A DNA stretch of 45,704 nucleotides from Octopus bimaculoides. Lineage: Eukaryota. Shown here piece by piece: positions 22,601 to 36,900 of the stretch; positions within the stretch are counted from its first letter, which is position 1, and the number at the start of each line of letters is the position of its first letter. The notes under the pieces are model-generated. The model did no database searches and was not told the DNA's origin. It saw nothing but the letters and a program-made list of their open reading frames with translations. The DNA lies in contig NC_068991.1 in NCBI RefSeq assembly GCF_001194135.2, positions 23,127,740-23,173,443 on the forward strand. Reading direction: 5' to 3'. Made by a program: the position numbers and the translations under genes.

Positions 22601-25600
22601 GCTAACTAACTAACTATTGAAAGCATTCAAAGTAAGTTTTCAGCCTGAGAATAACTCCTCTCTTCCTCCATCAGCTTTAGAAGTCCTGCAAAAGGTTAAA
22701 GGTGCTAATATTCCTCTTCTACTAAGCCATAATATACTTAAAAAAGAAAAATTCAGAAAATTATATACTTACTTGTCAGCCACTGAAGTAGGGATGTTAT
22801 CTTCAACCCATTTAAGATCATCTTCCTGAAAGAGGATAATACATTACGGATTACAGGTGATAATTGTTTCTAAAGGAAGTTTGATAATAATCAGATGGCA
22901 AAACAAGGCACATCTCAGATCAAGTGCAGTAACTTTTCTCTTTTAACAATTTTTCTGTGATATGAAATTGAACATTACAAACACAGCTTACCAAAGCAAA
23001 CCAATAGTACCAATAAAACCATTAATAGCTGTGATTTCCACAGCATACAGTTCTAGATTTATAATGAAAAAAACTTGACTGATGTCACTCATGTCTCTCC
23101 AAAAAGCTTTGAAGATAAGGCACAAGTGAGGTAAACTGGACTGATTACAACTACCAACCAAAATGTGTTTCAGACTTGATCAGCTATTCCTACTTCTTCA
23201 CTCAACCTACCAGAAATAGTAGACAAATATCCTTCAAATCACATTCTATCTTAGCAGTGAAGGAAGAATACATTGGATAATATAGTTCCAGATACACTGT
23301 ATCAGAAAAAAGTGGTAAGATGATCAAAGCTGGAATGATTTTGATCACAGGCCGCTGGCTTAGATCAGAGCTGATCTGGGTGGCCTAAACGTTTTTCTTG
23401 GAGTTGTTCATGAAGAACATTAACCACACTGAGCTCATTAGTCTTAAAGGACATGCAAAGGACACAGGCAAATTTACTTTCCTCCAGAAAAAAAAAAACC
23501 TTACAACTTACATAAAAAGGTTAACCTCAATAAAGAAATTCTAACTGAACATACTGACTGCAATGAAACTTTTCCACACTTGGTTCCTAGTTATAAAGGT
23601 ACACTGTCCAGTAATCTCTTAACTACACATTTGTCAGATATCAGAGTTAAGTTCATTATTACAATAACAATTTTAATAACTACTAATATTTCATATTGCA
23701 GAAAAAATGATGATCACCAAAGAAACAACAAATATTTAATTTATTACATTCATTGACCAGTTAGTGTTAAAACAGGAATGTAAGAACAACATACCACCAG
23801 CACCAATGATTCCTGTAAGAAACTGAGTTCAGACATGGTTGTGTAATTAAGAAGTTTGTTTCACAACCATATAGCTCCAGGTTTGCTTTCACTACACAGC
23901 ACCTTGGGAAAGTGCCTTATATCATAGTCTTAAGTTGACCAAAACCTAAGATTCTAAAATACAACACATAATATGCTGTATTTTAGTGTGTGAATAGTTG
24001 CTTGAAAATATGTGGCATGCTATACAAGTTTGTCTGGCCATTATATTTCAAGAGGCATGAAATTAATAACTTGAATTTAAATCTTGTGTACATTAAATGT
24101 TATATGTCTTTCACTGGATGGAGAACTTTCTTTTGTTGATCCTACCAACAATGGAACAGTACATTATATATATGAGAATGTGTGTGCATGTGTGTAATTT
24201 TTGCAAATGTATATAGTTGAAAGAATAACCATTAATGAGAAATCAAAATGAAAAAATACAATTATGCTTCATGAAGTCCCTTGAGGTACTTCTTAATTTC
24301 TTACAGACACACCTTTGTCACTCTTGTGGGGATGCAATGAACCATTAACTGGATCTTTAGAAACCTGTAACTAATGACAATGTAGTTCATTAGTTGTAAT
24401 ATAAAATATATGATAATAAATGTCTAAATGCAACCCCTGAAAGAGTATGGAACATTTAAAACTAGAAAAGCACTCTGAGAGTGCAGACCTCTACAAAGCA
24501 GCTCATTTTAAGATAGATACACGAGTAAAATTATTAATAGAGAAACGAAAATAAACTTTGGAAACAGCAATGCCACCATAGGTTATGTGGAAATAATGAA
24601 CGTGTTTTCGAGGGAGATAATCAAAGAACGTAACCTCGTAATACTTCATGTAAAGTAAATATAACAAATGAAAAATCCTTCAAGAATCCATAAAAATTTC
24701 CGGATCACTACCAAAATTTCATCATCTATTCCTTGTGTCATTACCAACTTTTCCTGCAAGTTTCATCAAATACTGTTCACAACATTTTGAGTTATTTTGC
24801 ACATAGACGGACAAACCAAAGCTGAAGAATACATAACTGCCTTCCTTGGTGGAGGTAAATATTAGAGAAACTTACTGCTTTATTTTTGGAATCTTTCTGT
24901 TTTGGAGATCCATTCGAGAGAGGTTTAGCTCCTCTCATCTTCATACCATCTGTAAGGGACAGAACTGAGAATTAGAGGCTAACAGAAAAAAGTAAGATAA
25001 ATTAAGTATCAACTGAAACTTGAAAAGCAGACTTCTGGCTATTTTAACAAGTAATGCTTATCTAATCACAGCTTAATCAAAGAAAGCTCTCAAAGGTTAA
25101 GGGACATACCCTTTCTTCTTTGACAAATGAAGAACAAAAACTAAATAGAGAAGAATAAAAGCAACAACAAAAATAAATCAGTTGATACTGACCAAAAGCA
25201 TCGTTCATAACAGTATCATCATCATCTTCATCTTCAGCATCGAGCAATGGGGAAAAGGCATATCTAGAATATACAAAACAATTTCATATGTTTTTTAATC
25301 AAGACTCTAAAGGAATTTACCCAAATATACCATATACATGTACTCTTTAAGTTTAATTATAAGTTCCTACCTAAAACTGTGATGTATTTTATGCCATCTA
25401 ACACATGTAGAGTCAAAGCATTTAGTCACTAAGGTTGAGGTTAATAAAATCATATTGTACAAGACATAAAATATTTAGATTTCCACACTTTGCTCCATAT
25501 ACTAATAAAAGCAATAGCATTAGAGATATAGTGAGAAAGAAGTCACAACATATCTAAAAATAAGCATCTATGTTACTGGTCTACTTAGTTACAGATGACA

Positions 25601-28600
25601 GGGCCTACAATTCAATAGCAATAGCCAAAATAAACAAAGCTGGAATAATGATGGAAAATACAAACCTTTGGTTATTTGCAGAGGGTCTCCACAAAATCAT
25701 AATAACCAAGAGCAGCACAGAAAACAGCAGATGCCAAAAGGCATCATCAACCCACAATTCTCGCCAATCCTTTAAAGCAAATAAAAAACAAACATCATTA
25801 CTTACAATCATAACAAGTCTCTTTTGCAGATTGCTAGGATGTCCCTTTGCAACCATCACTGATATTAGTTTATTTACATACAGACATGTACGAGTGAGTA
25901 TTTGTGTGGTTATGTGTATCTGTGGCTGCTTAAACTTTGGTGATAACATTGTAGTGGGGAGGTGCAATGGCCCAGTGGTTAGGGCAGCGGACTCGCAGTC
26001 ATAGGATTGCGGTTTCGATTCCCAGACCGGGCATTGCAAGTGTTTATTGAGCGAAAACACCTAAAGCTCCACGAGGCTCCGGCAGGGGATGGTGGTGAAC
26101 CTTGCTGTACTCTTCCACCACAACTTTCTCTCACTCTTACTTCCTGTTTCTGTTGTGCCTGTAATTCAAAGGGTCAGCCTTGTCACACTGTGTCATGCTG
26201 AATATCCCCGAGAACTACGTTAAGGGTACACGCGTGTGTGGAGTGCTCAGCCACTTGCATGTTAATTTCACGAGCAGGCTGTTCCATTGATCGGATCAAC
26301 TGGAACCCTAGACGTCGTAAGCGACGGAGTGCCAACAATAACATTGTAGTAGAAACTGTACAGGAAATAATATCTACCTTAAATGCAAAAACATAGTGTG
26401 TGACAAGTAACAAAATTTCCATATCTTGTAAACAATATTTCTTGTGACAATGATGATGAAATTAATGTTTGGACGAGACTCGGGGAAGCTGCAGCAGTTT
26501 TCTAATGGAAGTGAAATTATACCTCTACATGTTCACTGTGGTACCACTAGCTATCTATGCTCATGAGAAAGTTCAACTAGCTTTCATAACAAACTTACTG
26601 TCTTTCATAGGCACAATATATGCCCAATATTAAGTATTGAGCATAGTATGTACTAAGTATTTAGTACATAATATCTGTATTTGCTGCAGATACTATGTTA
26701 TAAGTGAAGTTATAAAAAGAGGCACAATGAATAAGGAACAATACAATATTTACAGTAGAAATTAAATGTGCAGATCTGTAAATCAGTAAAAGGTGATGTC
26801 TTTCCTTCAATCACAAGGAGATATACATTTCTGATAGATCTTTTTTCAGTTATTTTGGCCAACAGAGAAGCTTCTATACAGCTGCTAACTTGCTAGAAAT
26901 AGTAGCAAAAACTTCCTCAAATCACACTCAAACATCTTTAAAGATGGAAGACAAACTGGACAATGTAGTCCTAACCATAAATTTGAGATGGTAACAGCTA
27001 GACTGACTTGACCATGCCTGCCTGACCAGAACTACCTAGGGTTAAACAACATCAGCCCTGACCAACATGTGAATATCCACATGATTACACAAACTACTAG
27101 AAATAACAGTCAATTCCTTCTAGAATCACACTTTATGAACTTACATTTTATGTAAAACAGTTAGCCCAACTGAAAATGAACTGGCTGATCACAGCTAGAA
27201 TGCCTTTGATTCTAAATCTGCTCAATGAAGGCTGACCTGAATAAACAATAATGAGGGCTGACCTTAATAAGCAACAACAAAAACAACCCTGGATAAAGAT
27301 AATGAAGGTGTTAATTGAAAGATACTTACTGTAAGGCAGAACTTGAGCTTGTGCTGGGATATTGACCAAGCCATGTAAGATATGGACGCTGCAACAAATA
27401 GAGTGAAATATTAGTTTCAAGTTGATGTCACAACTTACATAAGGCAAAAATTGTATGGCACTTCCTAACATGGGATAACTGTATCATCTAAGATGGATAT
27501 AACTGTATTGAGTGCAAACATAATTCAATGCTGAGAATGTTGACTTCATAATCATGAGGTCTCAGTTTCAATCCAATTGTGCAGCACATTCAGCAAGAAT
27601 CTTACTATATCCCTAAGTTAACTCTTCTCTCTGTCTTTTTCTCCTTTCTATTCCATTTATATTTAAATTAGTAACAGTATTTTGATTTCCATTTTGCATG
27701 TTTTTCTTTTGAAGAAATAGGTAACCCATCACTCCTAAATTAATGCATTGTATGTTAATTATGTAATTACATAAATGTTGTTGTTTTACTCTACTGAAAT
27801 AGCTGAAGTGGTTTCATTAATTGAACAACTTGAATCATTCTCAAAGCTGTCATGTGATCCCCCTATTGATTGTACAGTATTATCAGAAATGAATATAAAT
27901 CTATGGTGTCTCTTTTCCTCAAGATGGAGGCATATATGATGTCTCACATCATAGACATTAACCATTTCACTGTCGAGAGCAGACATATCCATTCCAAAAA
28001 TTCATTACTATTAACTGTAGAAAGTAGTTTTATATATTAATCTATCTTTAGTTGAGGAATGTCATATTTCAAACTGGTTTCTTTTGAGATATGTAAAGTT
28101 TATTAAGGCAATATGATTTGCAGAAAATCCCAATTCTACTTTTTGGTAGATATTTAACATCATTACTGGAATAACCATGAAATCTAATTTAACAGTTAAA
28201 GGGTTAAAATATGGTGTCCTTCAGTAGAGATGTTAATCATATAGAGTTCACCAATATAGTCAAAACTATATGATGTCCTCAATATAAATATATCAGTATA
28301 GTATCTTCTAATATAAATATAGCTATTGGTCTGTCAATATGGATCATAAATACAGAGAGTTCTTTGATATGATAATAGGTGTAATGAACCTCAATAGTGA
28401 CACATATCTACAATGGTGTCAAATATGATGTAAACATATGTTACATCATACAGAGGTTGCCTTAATGACATGAATGAAAAGTAAAGAGATAAGGACAAAC
28501 CCTTGACAGACAACCACTTGTAGATTATAGCACAATAAAAATTACTGAAACAAACAGGTTTAATAGAAATAAAACAGATGAATAAGAAACTACCAACTTA

Positions 28601-30147
28601 TGGATTAGGGGAAAATTGCTTGTGATAGGCAAAGGTCCTATCATTTTTCTTTAAGTCCTGAGTATTTAGGAGCTCTGGTAACATGGTATTAAGAGTTAAT
28701 TAGATGAGTCATCAATGTATCTCTAGATATAACATTATAAGATGATCTGATAATTTATCTCAAATGGTTTTACTAGGTTAAGGTATAATATAAAGTCTTC
28801 TACTGAGAAATATATCAAGGTTTGATCTCACTATCCAACAACGAGCAGATAGTGATTCAAACTACTATTTTGTTTTATAGAGAAGATTCATGTCAAATGT
28901 GTAATACAACAAAAAACAAATTTAAACTGTGACTGTGAGTTATTGTGATTTCTGAAAGAACCAACTTTAACAACTCATGGTCCTTCTCCTGAACAATTCA
29001 CTCAAAGTTTTCTATAATCACACAATTCCTTCAGTTTGCTTGAAAAAACTTGAAAACTCTGCTGTGAACAAGACTATGACGGTGGCATTAACCCTTTTGA
29101 TACCAACCCGGATGAAATTGCCTCTAGCTCAAAAGTACAAATGTCTTGTTTTCAAAAGTTCTGAATTAAAATCTTCCACCAAAGCTTAATCACAATTTAT
29201 GTTCCTAACACTAGCTTAATGATATGTAAGTTATTTTACTAAATTGAAAGAAACACAGAGCATCTCAACAGAAATATGGTAACAAGAGGGTTAAAGAGCA
29301 GACTGATATTTTTACTTACCCAAAACTGCAAATATAAGTGTGTTGGTGAAATGTCGATAGAGTGAAAGCTTCACTATGTTTCTTCGTAGTCGCAGTGTTC
29401 TGGTGGTTTGTACAAGGCCAGAGAAAATGTGTTGACATTAAGAAAAAATATTTTGTCTTTTTAGTGTCCAGTAGTTTAATATATGTTATACTCGGAAAGG
29501 GAACATAGCATCATATTGCAAAGATGAAGACAAGTTAGTAACATATCAATGGGTTTTGAAGTTAGCAAGTTGCCAACATATCAATACTTTAAGTTAGCAA
29601 TACATGGAGAAGAACACTGCATATAAGTAACAGGATGAGTAGAGTGGGTAAGTTACTAGTGTAATCAGTTGTAATTAGCACTATATAATGATGATGGTAG
29701 TTTCTCATAGTCTGAGAAAGACAGTTCTGCAATTTCTTGCTGAACAACCTGCATGGATTATTTGTTTATAGTGATCAAATGTATGTGCTGTACACAAGCT
29801 CACTCCCTCCATCAAATCGACATTGCCTGAACAAGATGCACGGTGTACCACATGTCAGATGTCAAAGTGATCACAGACCAATGTGAGATGAAGTGTTTTG
29901 CTCAAGAACACAACACACCACATGATCCAGGAATTGAAACCACAATCTCAGTCATGAGTGCAACACTCAAGATAATATTATTTACATTCAACAGATATTT
30001 GTCCTCATCTTGTTTGCTGTTAACACAATGTTTCAGCTGATATACCTATACACTACGCCAAATGCCCATGGGCATATGGCGTAGTGGTTAAGAGCGCGGG
30101 CTACTAACCCCAAGATTCAGAGTTCGATTCCAAGCAGAGACCTGAAC

Positions 30148-30184
<37 letters not shown>

Positions 30185-30855
30185 TCGAAAAATACCTTAG
30201 GAATGAGAACCCAGGTTCGAAATTTCTCTAAGACACCTGAAGAAGGCTGGAGAGTATATCAACCAAAACGTATTAACAACAAGCAAGATTAGGACAAATA
30301 TCCATCAAATGTAAATAATGCAAATTATGTGCATAATTCCTCATCTCTTAAATATAGAACTGTACTCACAATAACTTTTGCTATCTTAACTTTTGATGGC
30401 AGATACCAGTTTAGCAACATGTTGCATGGCCTAACAAACTAACATCATATTGAGAGTGGAAGAAAATTTACATATGATGGAGGGTAAAGAGTTAGCAACA
30501 AATTAGTTTCATTAGCAATTAGAAGCAGTACATTAAATATAGTTGAGAAGGAAAGTTTAGAGTATACAGGCTGTGAGATCAAGTAGAATAAGTTAGCAAT
30601 ATGCTTCAATCTTATAATATAATTAGCAATATATTTCAATATATCTCAATTTTAAAAAAAATATTTAAAAAACACGTCTAAAAATGAATTTGCTTATGGT
30701 AAAGGATATCCACCAGCAAATAGCAGCATCAACAACAGCTAAAGGAACATTGGCTAACATCAGTTCTTTAGATTGGTCACTCTTGGACTGTGGAAAAAAA
30801 CAAAGAAAAAATAAAAATAAAATCAGACAATTTCTTATTTCCTCAGTGAGTTAAA

Positions 30856-30902
<47 letters not shown>

Positions 30903-33900
30903 CACACACACACACACACATTAATAATAGGCAGAAGTTACAGAGTGACAATGGCCAAATTCGCATTTGATAAGTGCCAATACACAAAACTCTCAGCTTT
31001 TGACTTACTCTCTAACTTCTGCTGATGATATATATACATATGTGTAAAAACATCTCATCACGCAATCAAACCAATGAAAGCCTCTACCTGGTCACTTGAC
31101 ACACTAAAAATAGCAGCCAAAGTATCCCCCTACCTAAATCACACGCCCATTGTACATAATGTCCTAGATTATCTCTAAAAACACGGTTTGCTGAAGGTTG
31201 GAATGTCTTTGATGAAAGGTTTGCTGTATCAGGGTTGATTTGAGGCTAAATAACAACAAAATTATTACTGAGACAGACCAATGACGGAGCCTGTATGTGG
31301 TTGCATGACCTGCTAGAAAAAGTAACCAAACTTCTTTATATACAGAATACAAAAACCTCTATCCTGTGATATACACGTAGAGTCCATTATGTCTGGGAAG
31401 AAAGACGGGATGATCACAGTTGGGACATCTTTGATCATATCTGCTCAATCAGATCCAACTCAGGACTAAGCAACAGGTGACGAAGGGAATAAGATGGGAC
31501 AACGAGAAAGCCTTTACCTGGTGGCCCAAGTTGCTAGAAAGAGCAACTAAATCTTCCTGACAAAAAGAAAAATGAAATTCCCGTCTTCAAGAAACAAAAA
31601 TTCAAATTTATATTACCTTATAATGTTCGCTTAGGAATTCATTACTTCTAGAAAAGAATAAGACAAAATGGCCATGGCTGGAACGCCTTTTCTCACAGAT
31701 CCATTACAATCAGAGCTATCCTGTGGTTAAAACAATTTCTTCACTGAATGATGAAGCAGCTAAAGTTAAAGAAAATGCCGCTAAGCAATTTGCCCGGCAT
31801 GCTAATGATTCTGCCAGCTCACCACCTTATTATTATTATTATTAACAATAACAACAATAGTAGAGGTGGTTTGTCATGGAAGCTTGTAAATTCACAAGGG
31901 ATCTTGGCATTAATCCTGAGTTAGATGAAGAATCTGAAACCACTGCTACTGTACTAGCAAAACAAATCAAGTGGACTGCTAAAAAGAATGGGCAGAAACA
32001 AACTAAAGAGAGGTGGAATCAGAAATCCTTGCATGGACAATATACTCTTTGAAGTCAAAATGCTGATACTGATCAAGCAACAACCCATCAGTGGCTGAAG
32101 AGTTCATGATTGAAAACAGAGACTGAAGACTTTATACTGGAAACACAAGATCAAAGCATGTTTACCAAAAATTACTAGACTAATGTTCTTAAAAATGGTG
32201 CTGACCCAAAATGCAGATTCTGCAACACATTTGATGAAACAATAAACCATCTTATTTCTTTGCCAACACCAAATGAATATAAAAACGGGCCACAATAGGG
32301 TAGGATGGTATTAACATTGGAAAATATAGAAGCACTACAAAATTGACACTTCTACCAACTGGTATGAACACCATCATGAGCCAGTGGTTGAAGGTAAAAA
32401 TGTCACCATCCTCAGGGATTTTTCAGTCAACATTGACATAACAGTCTAGGTTAATCAACTAGACATAATTATAATTATTAAATATAGTGAAGAAAATACT
32501 TGTAGATTGCTAGATGTAAGTATCCCCACTGATAAAACTATATCTGTAAAGAAATTTGACAAGCTTAGTAAATATAAGGATCTAGAAAGTGAAATACAAA
32601 GAATGCAGCACCTTAAAGCAAAAACTATTCCTGTTATTGTAGGTGCTCTCGCTATGATAAAAAAAATGAATATCAGAAACAATTAGACAACATCTCAAGA
32701 GAATCATATTTCAAAGAAATCCAAAAGATTGTGCTGACAAATACCACCTGCATCCTTAGAAAAACCCTAGCAATTTAAATGTTTGTATTGTGTTGTATTA
32801 CATGAATGCATTTCTGAATTGCCCTCTCTACTTTCTATTCCCAAGTTTTCAATTACATTTCAACATCTCTTAAGCTTCACTTACACCCTAGGGTGTTGGG
32901 TGTGTCTTGGCAAGACACATTTAAACTACTACTACTACTACAACATTGACCCTAATACTTATTTAATCAACTTTATCAATGGAAGGCAAAGCAGACCAGA
33001 GTAGGATTTGAATTCAGAATCTATAGAAACTTAACCAAATACCCACAGGATATTTTGTCCAATGTTCTACCATCTACCTGCCATATGAATTTTCTTTCCA
33101 GTTAATCAGTCTTTAAAAGTATTTTGAAGCAAAATAACTTACCTTTAAGGCTCGTAAGCAACTTTCAATAGATGCCAAAATGAAGTATAATATGCCAACA
33201 CAGAGGACTTTGTGAAAGGTGAGTCCAAGTCGGGGTCTATAAGTGTAGAGAAAATGGACAACAATATATGATTCTTAGAAAAGTGAATTATTGGGTAAGA
33301 TAAAGTCCCTTCAATAGAGAATATAGAAAAGGAGTCAAATTTTGACTATACCCTTTATGTACATGATAGGGACAAGAAAAAAGAAATGTGAAACAGAGTG
33401 TGGAATGTATGTACAAAGATAGTATAAGGTTAAATAAAAAAAATGATACTGAAAAAGAAAAAAATGGAGTATATACAGCATTGCATGGTGGTTCTGGGTT
33501 AATAGTCCTGCCATTCCAACAAACAGAGTTGTGGTTAGCTGAACTGAGAAGGTCCAAGATTACTGTCTTAGGAATTGATAGAACAGTTCATATCACTATG
33601 ATATGTCTATAGCCAAGACAATGAACTGACAATGTTGAGTAACTGTTTCTGTATGGTTTAGGTGAGAAATAAATTAACGTTCAACAAGATATTAGGTCAC
33701 CCCAAGTAACTTCTTCGGAATTCATAGTACACAATTTCCAATTATGAAATAAAAGAGGCAAGCATGCGATTCAGAATTCAGTACCAGCAGCACCAAGTAG
33801 AGCTCCTATAGAACTCTGAGTGGTTCTACCATAATTATTTCTACCATAGCCTATCGTTAACTAATACTTAACAAGTGAAAGTGTGTGTGTGTGTGTTTTT

Positions 33901-36900
33901 GTGTGAAAGAGAGAGGTGTCGGGTGAGTGTGTGTCAGTATATCTGTGCAACTAACTCAAAGATATTTACATCATTAAAGGGAGGTGACTCCCTAAAACTA
34001 GGTTAACTCAATTATATAATAAATAGGAAACAATAAAAAATTACTAGAAAAATACTGAGATTGATATAATTGACTAAATGCTTTGAAAGTTGTGTCCCAG
34101 GATAACCAGAATCCCATGACTGAAAACAGTAAAAGAATATTTTGCTCACAGACGTATCAACAAATCTGCAACATTTAAACTGAGTTTAAATCACATCAAT
34201 CTCAACAGTCTTGATGGACTTACAAAGATCATTAACACAACCCTTTCTTCTTCACTCAACCATAAATAAAAGGAAGAAAAAGAGAGAAATTTGATCTCAT
34301 ACTTCTAAAGTTAAATGTATGACAACCTTACCCACTCAAACATTTAATCTTTCATTCAATCTTTAATTAGTATTAAAAAACAGGAAAAATATGAAAAGCT
34401 GAAAAAAAACAAAAATTGTATGATACTTACTTGACTATACCAAAACCGAGACTGACAATGACCACTAACATGCGAGCCAGCATCCGCTTGAAGCATGAAA
34501 CCAACTCAGCAAAAATGACTGCTCCTCGAACTAAAAGAGAAAAACATTGGAAACAATTTCAGGTAAGTTTTAATTTTACTTGACAATATTTAGTTTCATC
34601 CCTATGTTTTGAGTTCCATTCTCCTGGTCAATAAAATAAGTACTGAGAATTGAATGCGATTGATTTGATTGACTCTACAATTCCATGGAAATTAGTGGTA
34701 CTGTACCAATGTCATCTCTTTATTGCACACAACCTCAACTCAAGTAAAAATTTGGTATACCTCCCAATAGCACACTAGATGAACAGAGGAATTCAGAGCT
34801 AACAATCTTTGCAAAAGACTCAGCACAAAGTAAATGACATACAAACTTTGAACTATTCAACAGGTAGGCCAACTACACAATAAGTTGATCAACTAAGACT
34901 TTTGTGATGACAAAAATTACAGAAGTAATCTGTCCAAACAAACTACTTGTATGAATATTTACTTTATTTTGCCCTTTATAAGAACGACAATGTTTGTAAG
35001 GTTAAATGGTGGAACTGCTCACTGTATGGTCAGATAATCAAAATTCTATTACAAGTATTAGGCAGAGCATGTGAGCAAAGTACCCCACAATAGTTAGTTA
35101 TCTTCCAGGTTATTTATCTGATAATGAGTTTCATTATGTCACTGTCAAGTGCATGATATCATAAAAGAATTCATAAGTAAAGCTGCAAAAATGCGGAGAA
35201 AAGCCCTGGTTTTTCCCTCGCAACCAATAAGAAAATTTCTTCTATTTTACTGATGACAACACTAAACTCTACAATGAAATAGAGAAAAAATTCCCTTGTC
35301 AACACCACTATAACTACATCCAATTACAAATGAAAATATTAGTCTGAGCCTCTACTTAGTCACTCAGCCTACAAGAAGTAGCATCCAAATTTCCCTCAAA
35401 TCACATTTTACCACATTAAAAAAGGAGAGACATATTAAGAAATGCAGCCCTAAATACACTATACTTTAAAAAAAAACAAAAAAAACAACAAAACAACTGA
35501 TTATCCTCCGTACCAGTACTGACTCAACACTAAACAACAACATATAACAAAATACAGAATACAAGAAAATACTCACCTGATACCCCAGTGCTACTGATAC
35601 TCTGGTATTCAGCATAGAAAACTGCCTTCTCCAACATTCCTGCATTTTGAAAGAAAGAAAGAAAAAATATTATAACTATTATTGTTATTAGCACCAACAG
35701 TAGAGTAGTGACAGAAGCAGTAGAGTGCTGGACAATATACTATGTGATATCCAATTACATTTTTCCTTTTTTTAATGTCCCGGGTTCAAATCTCACTGGT
35801 ATCAGTTTTGCCATTCATCTTTACATGGTTAATAAAATAATATTAGTCAAATATATGTTGAACCAAAGACATTTTGGTATTTAGTTTCATCCCTCTATGT
35901 TTTGGATTCGAATCTCACTAGAGCTCACTTTACTGTTCATCCTTCTGATATCATTTTAAACACTTATACCTTCCACATAATTCATATGCATATGCTAATA
36001 TTGTTTTGTGGCAAGAGTCATGACACCCGCTGGATGAATACACTTGACTGAACAACTATAAATAGTACTGGTCTGAGTGAGAGACCAGAGAGAGAGAGTA
36101 GGCTTTAATCACAAGAAGTTGTAAGGTGTCGTTTTGGTAGTTTGTTGGAATATCGTTTATTGGATTGTAATGTTATTGTTACCCTGCTTTGTTGATAAGG
36201 GTACACCAGGCATATATGCATCACAACCATATGTGCGCGACATAGTGATCTCATATCAAGATGAACAGTGCATGACCTTGCAGGTGGGGCCCAGTCAGAA
36301 TTTTCTTTAGGTTGAATAGCCCATCCTGCTCAAAAGGTCCCTGAATAAGGGTTGTTTAAGGATATTGAACAAAACACCCATGTTTCCAGAGGTAAATTAT
36401 CCAAACCCCAAAGAATTCCTCTCAACACATGACTATGATGCACCCCCACTACTTCTGCTTGTGATCAGAGATGCATATACTGTCAGCCACTAAGGGACAA
36501 ACAACTGACAACTAAATTTGTGGTATTAAGCAGAATATTTGCTGTGGCCCATCTTTTATACCAAGACAAAACAATATACATAACACTTCCAATCAGTTAA
36601 ATATTATTTATTCCTTGTAACTATAGGTATTCATTCAAAATAGCTCAAATTCTGAATAGGAAGCAGTTATATTTGTAGGTTGGAGAGAAACAAGCAAAAA
36701 AGAAAACTGAATATTTACCTAGTAAGATAACAGCACCAATCCAAAACTGTATACGAAGTAGGTCTCTCCAGTTGCAGGCCAATAGAAGTAACCAAACTAT
36801 GCCATAGAAGATATATAGTAGTCCCATGATGCCAAAGAACTGAAGTGATAGAATGTTAAAACATAAAATGTAATAATATAAAATGATAGTCTCGAAACAC

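Noticed and set aside
25956-26040. tRNA-like sequences here and at 30070-30135
   Set aside because: A and B boxes are present, but they run into SINE bodies and tails (with a TSD at 25956) and give no complete cloverleaf; these are SINE heads, not tRNA genes.
25605-26060. 151-aa ORF containing the DWRELW motif
   Set aside because: Only 25666-25769 is exon; the rest is intron and antisense SINE read-through.
27786-27992. 68-aa minus-strand ORF inside a TMEM87 intron, considered as a cassette exon or nested gene
   Set aside because: No recognisable homology and no good splice-site pair giving phase 1-1; the flanking exons already join in frame.
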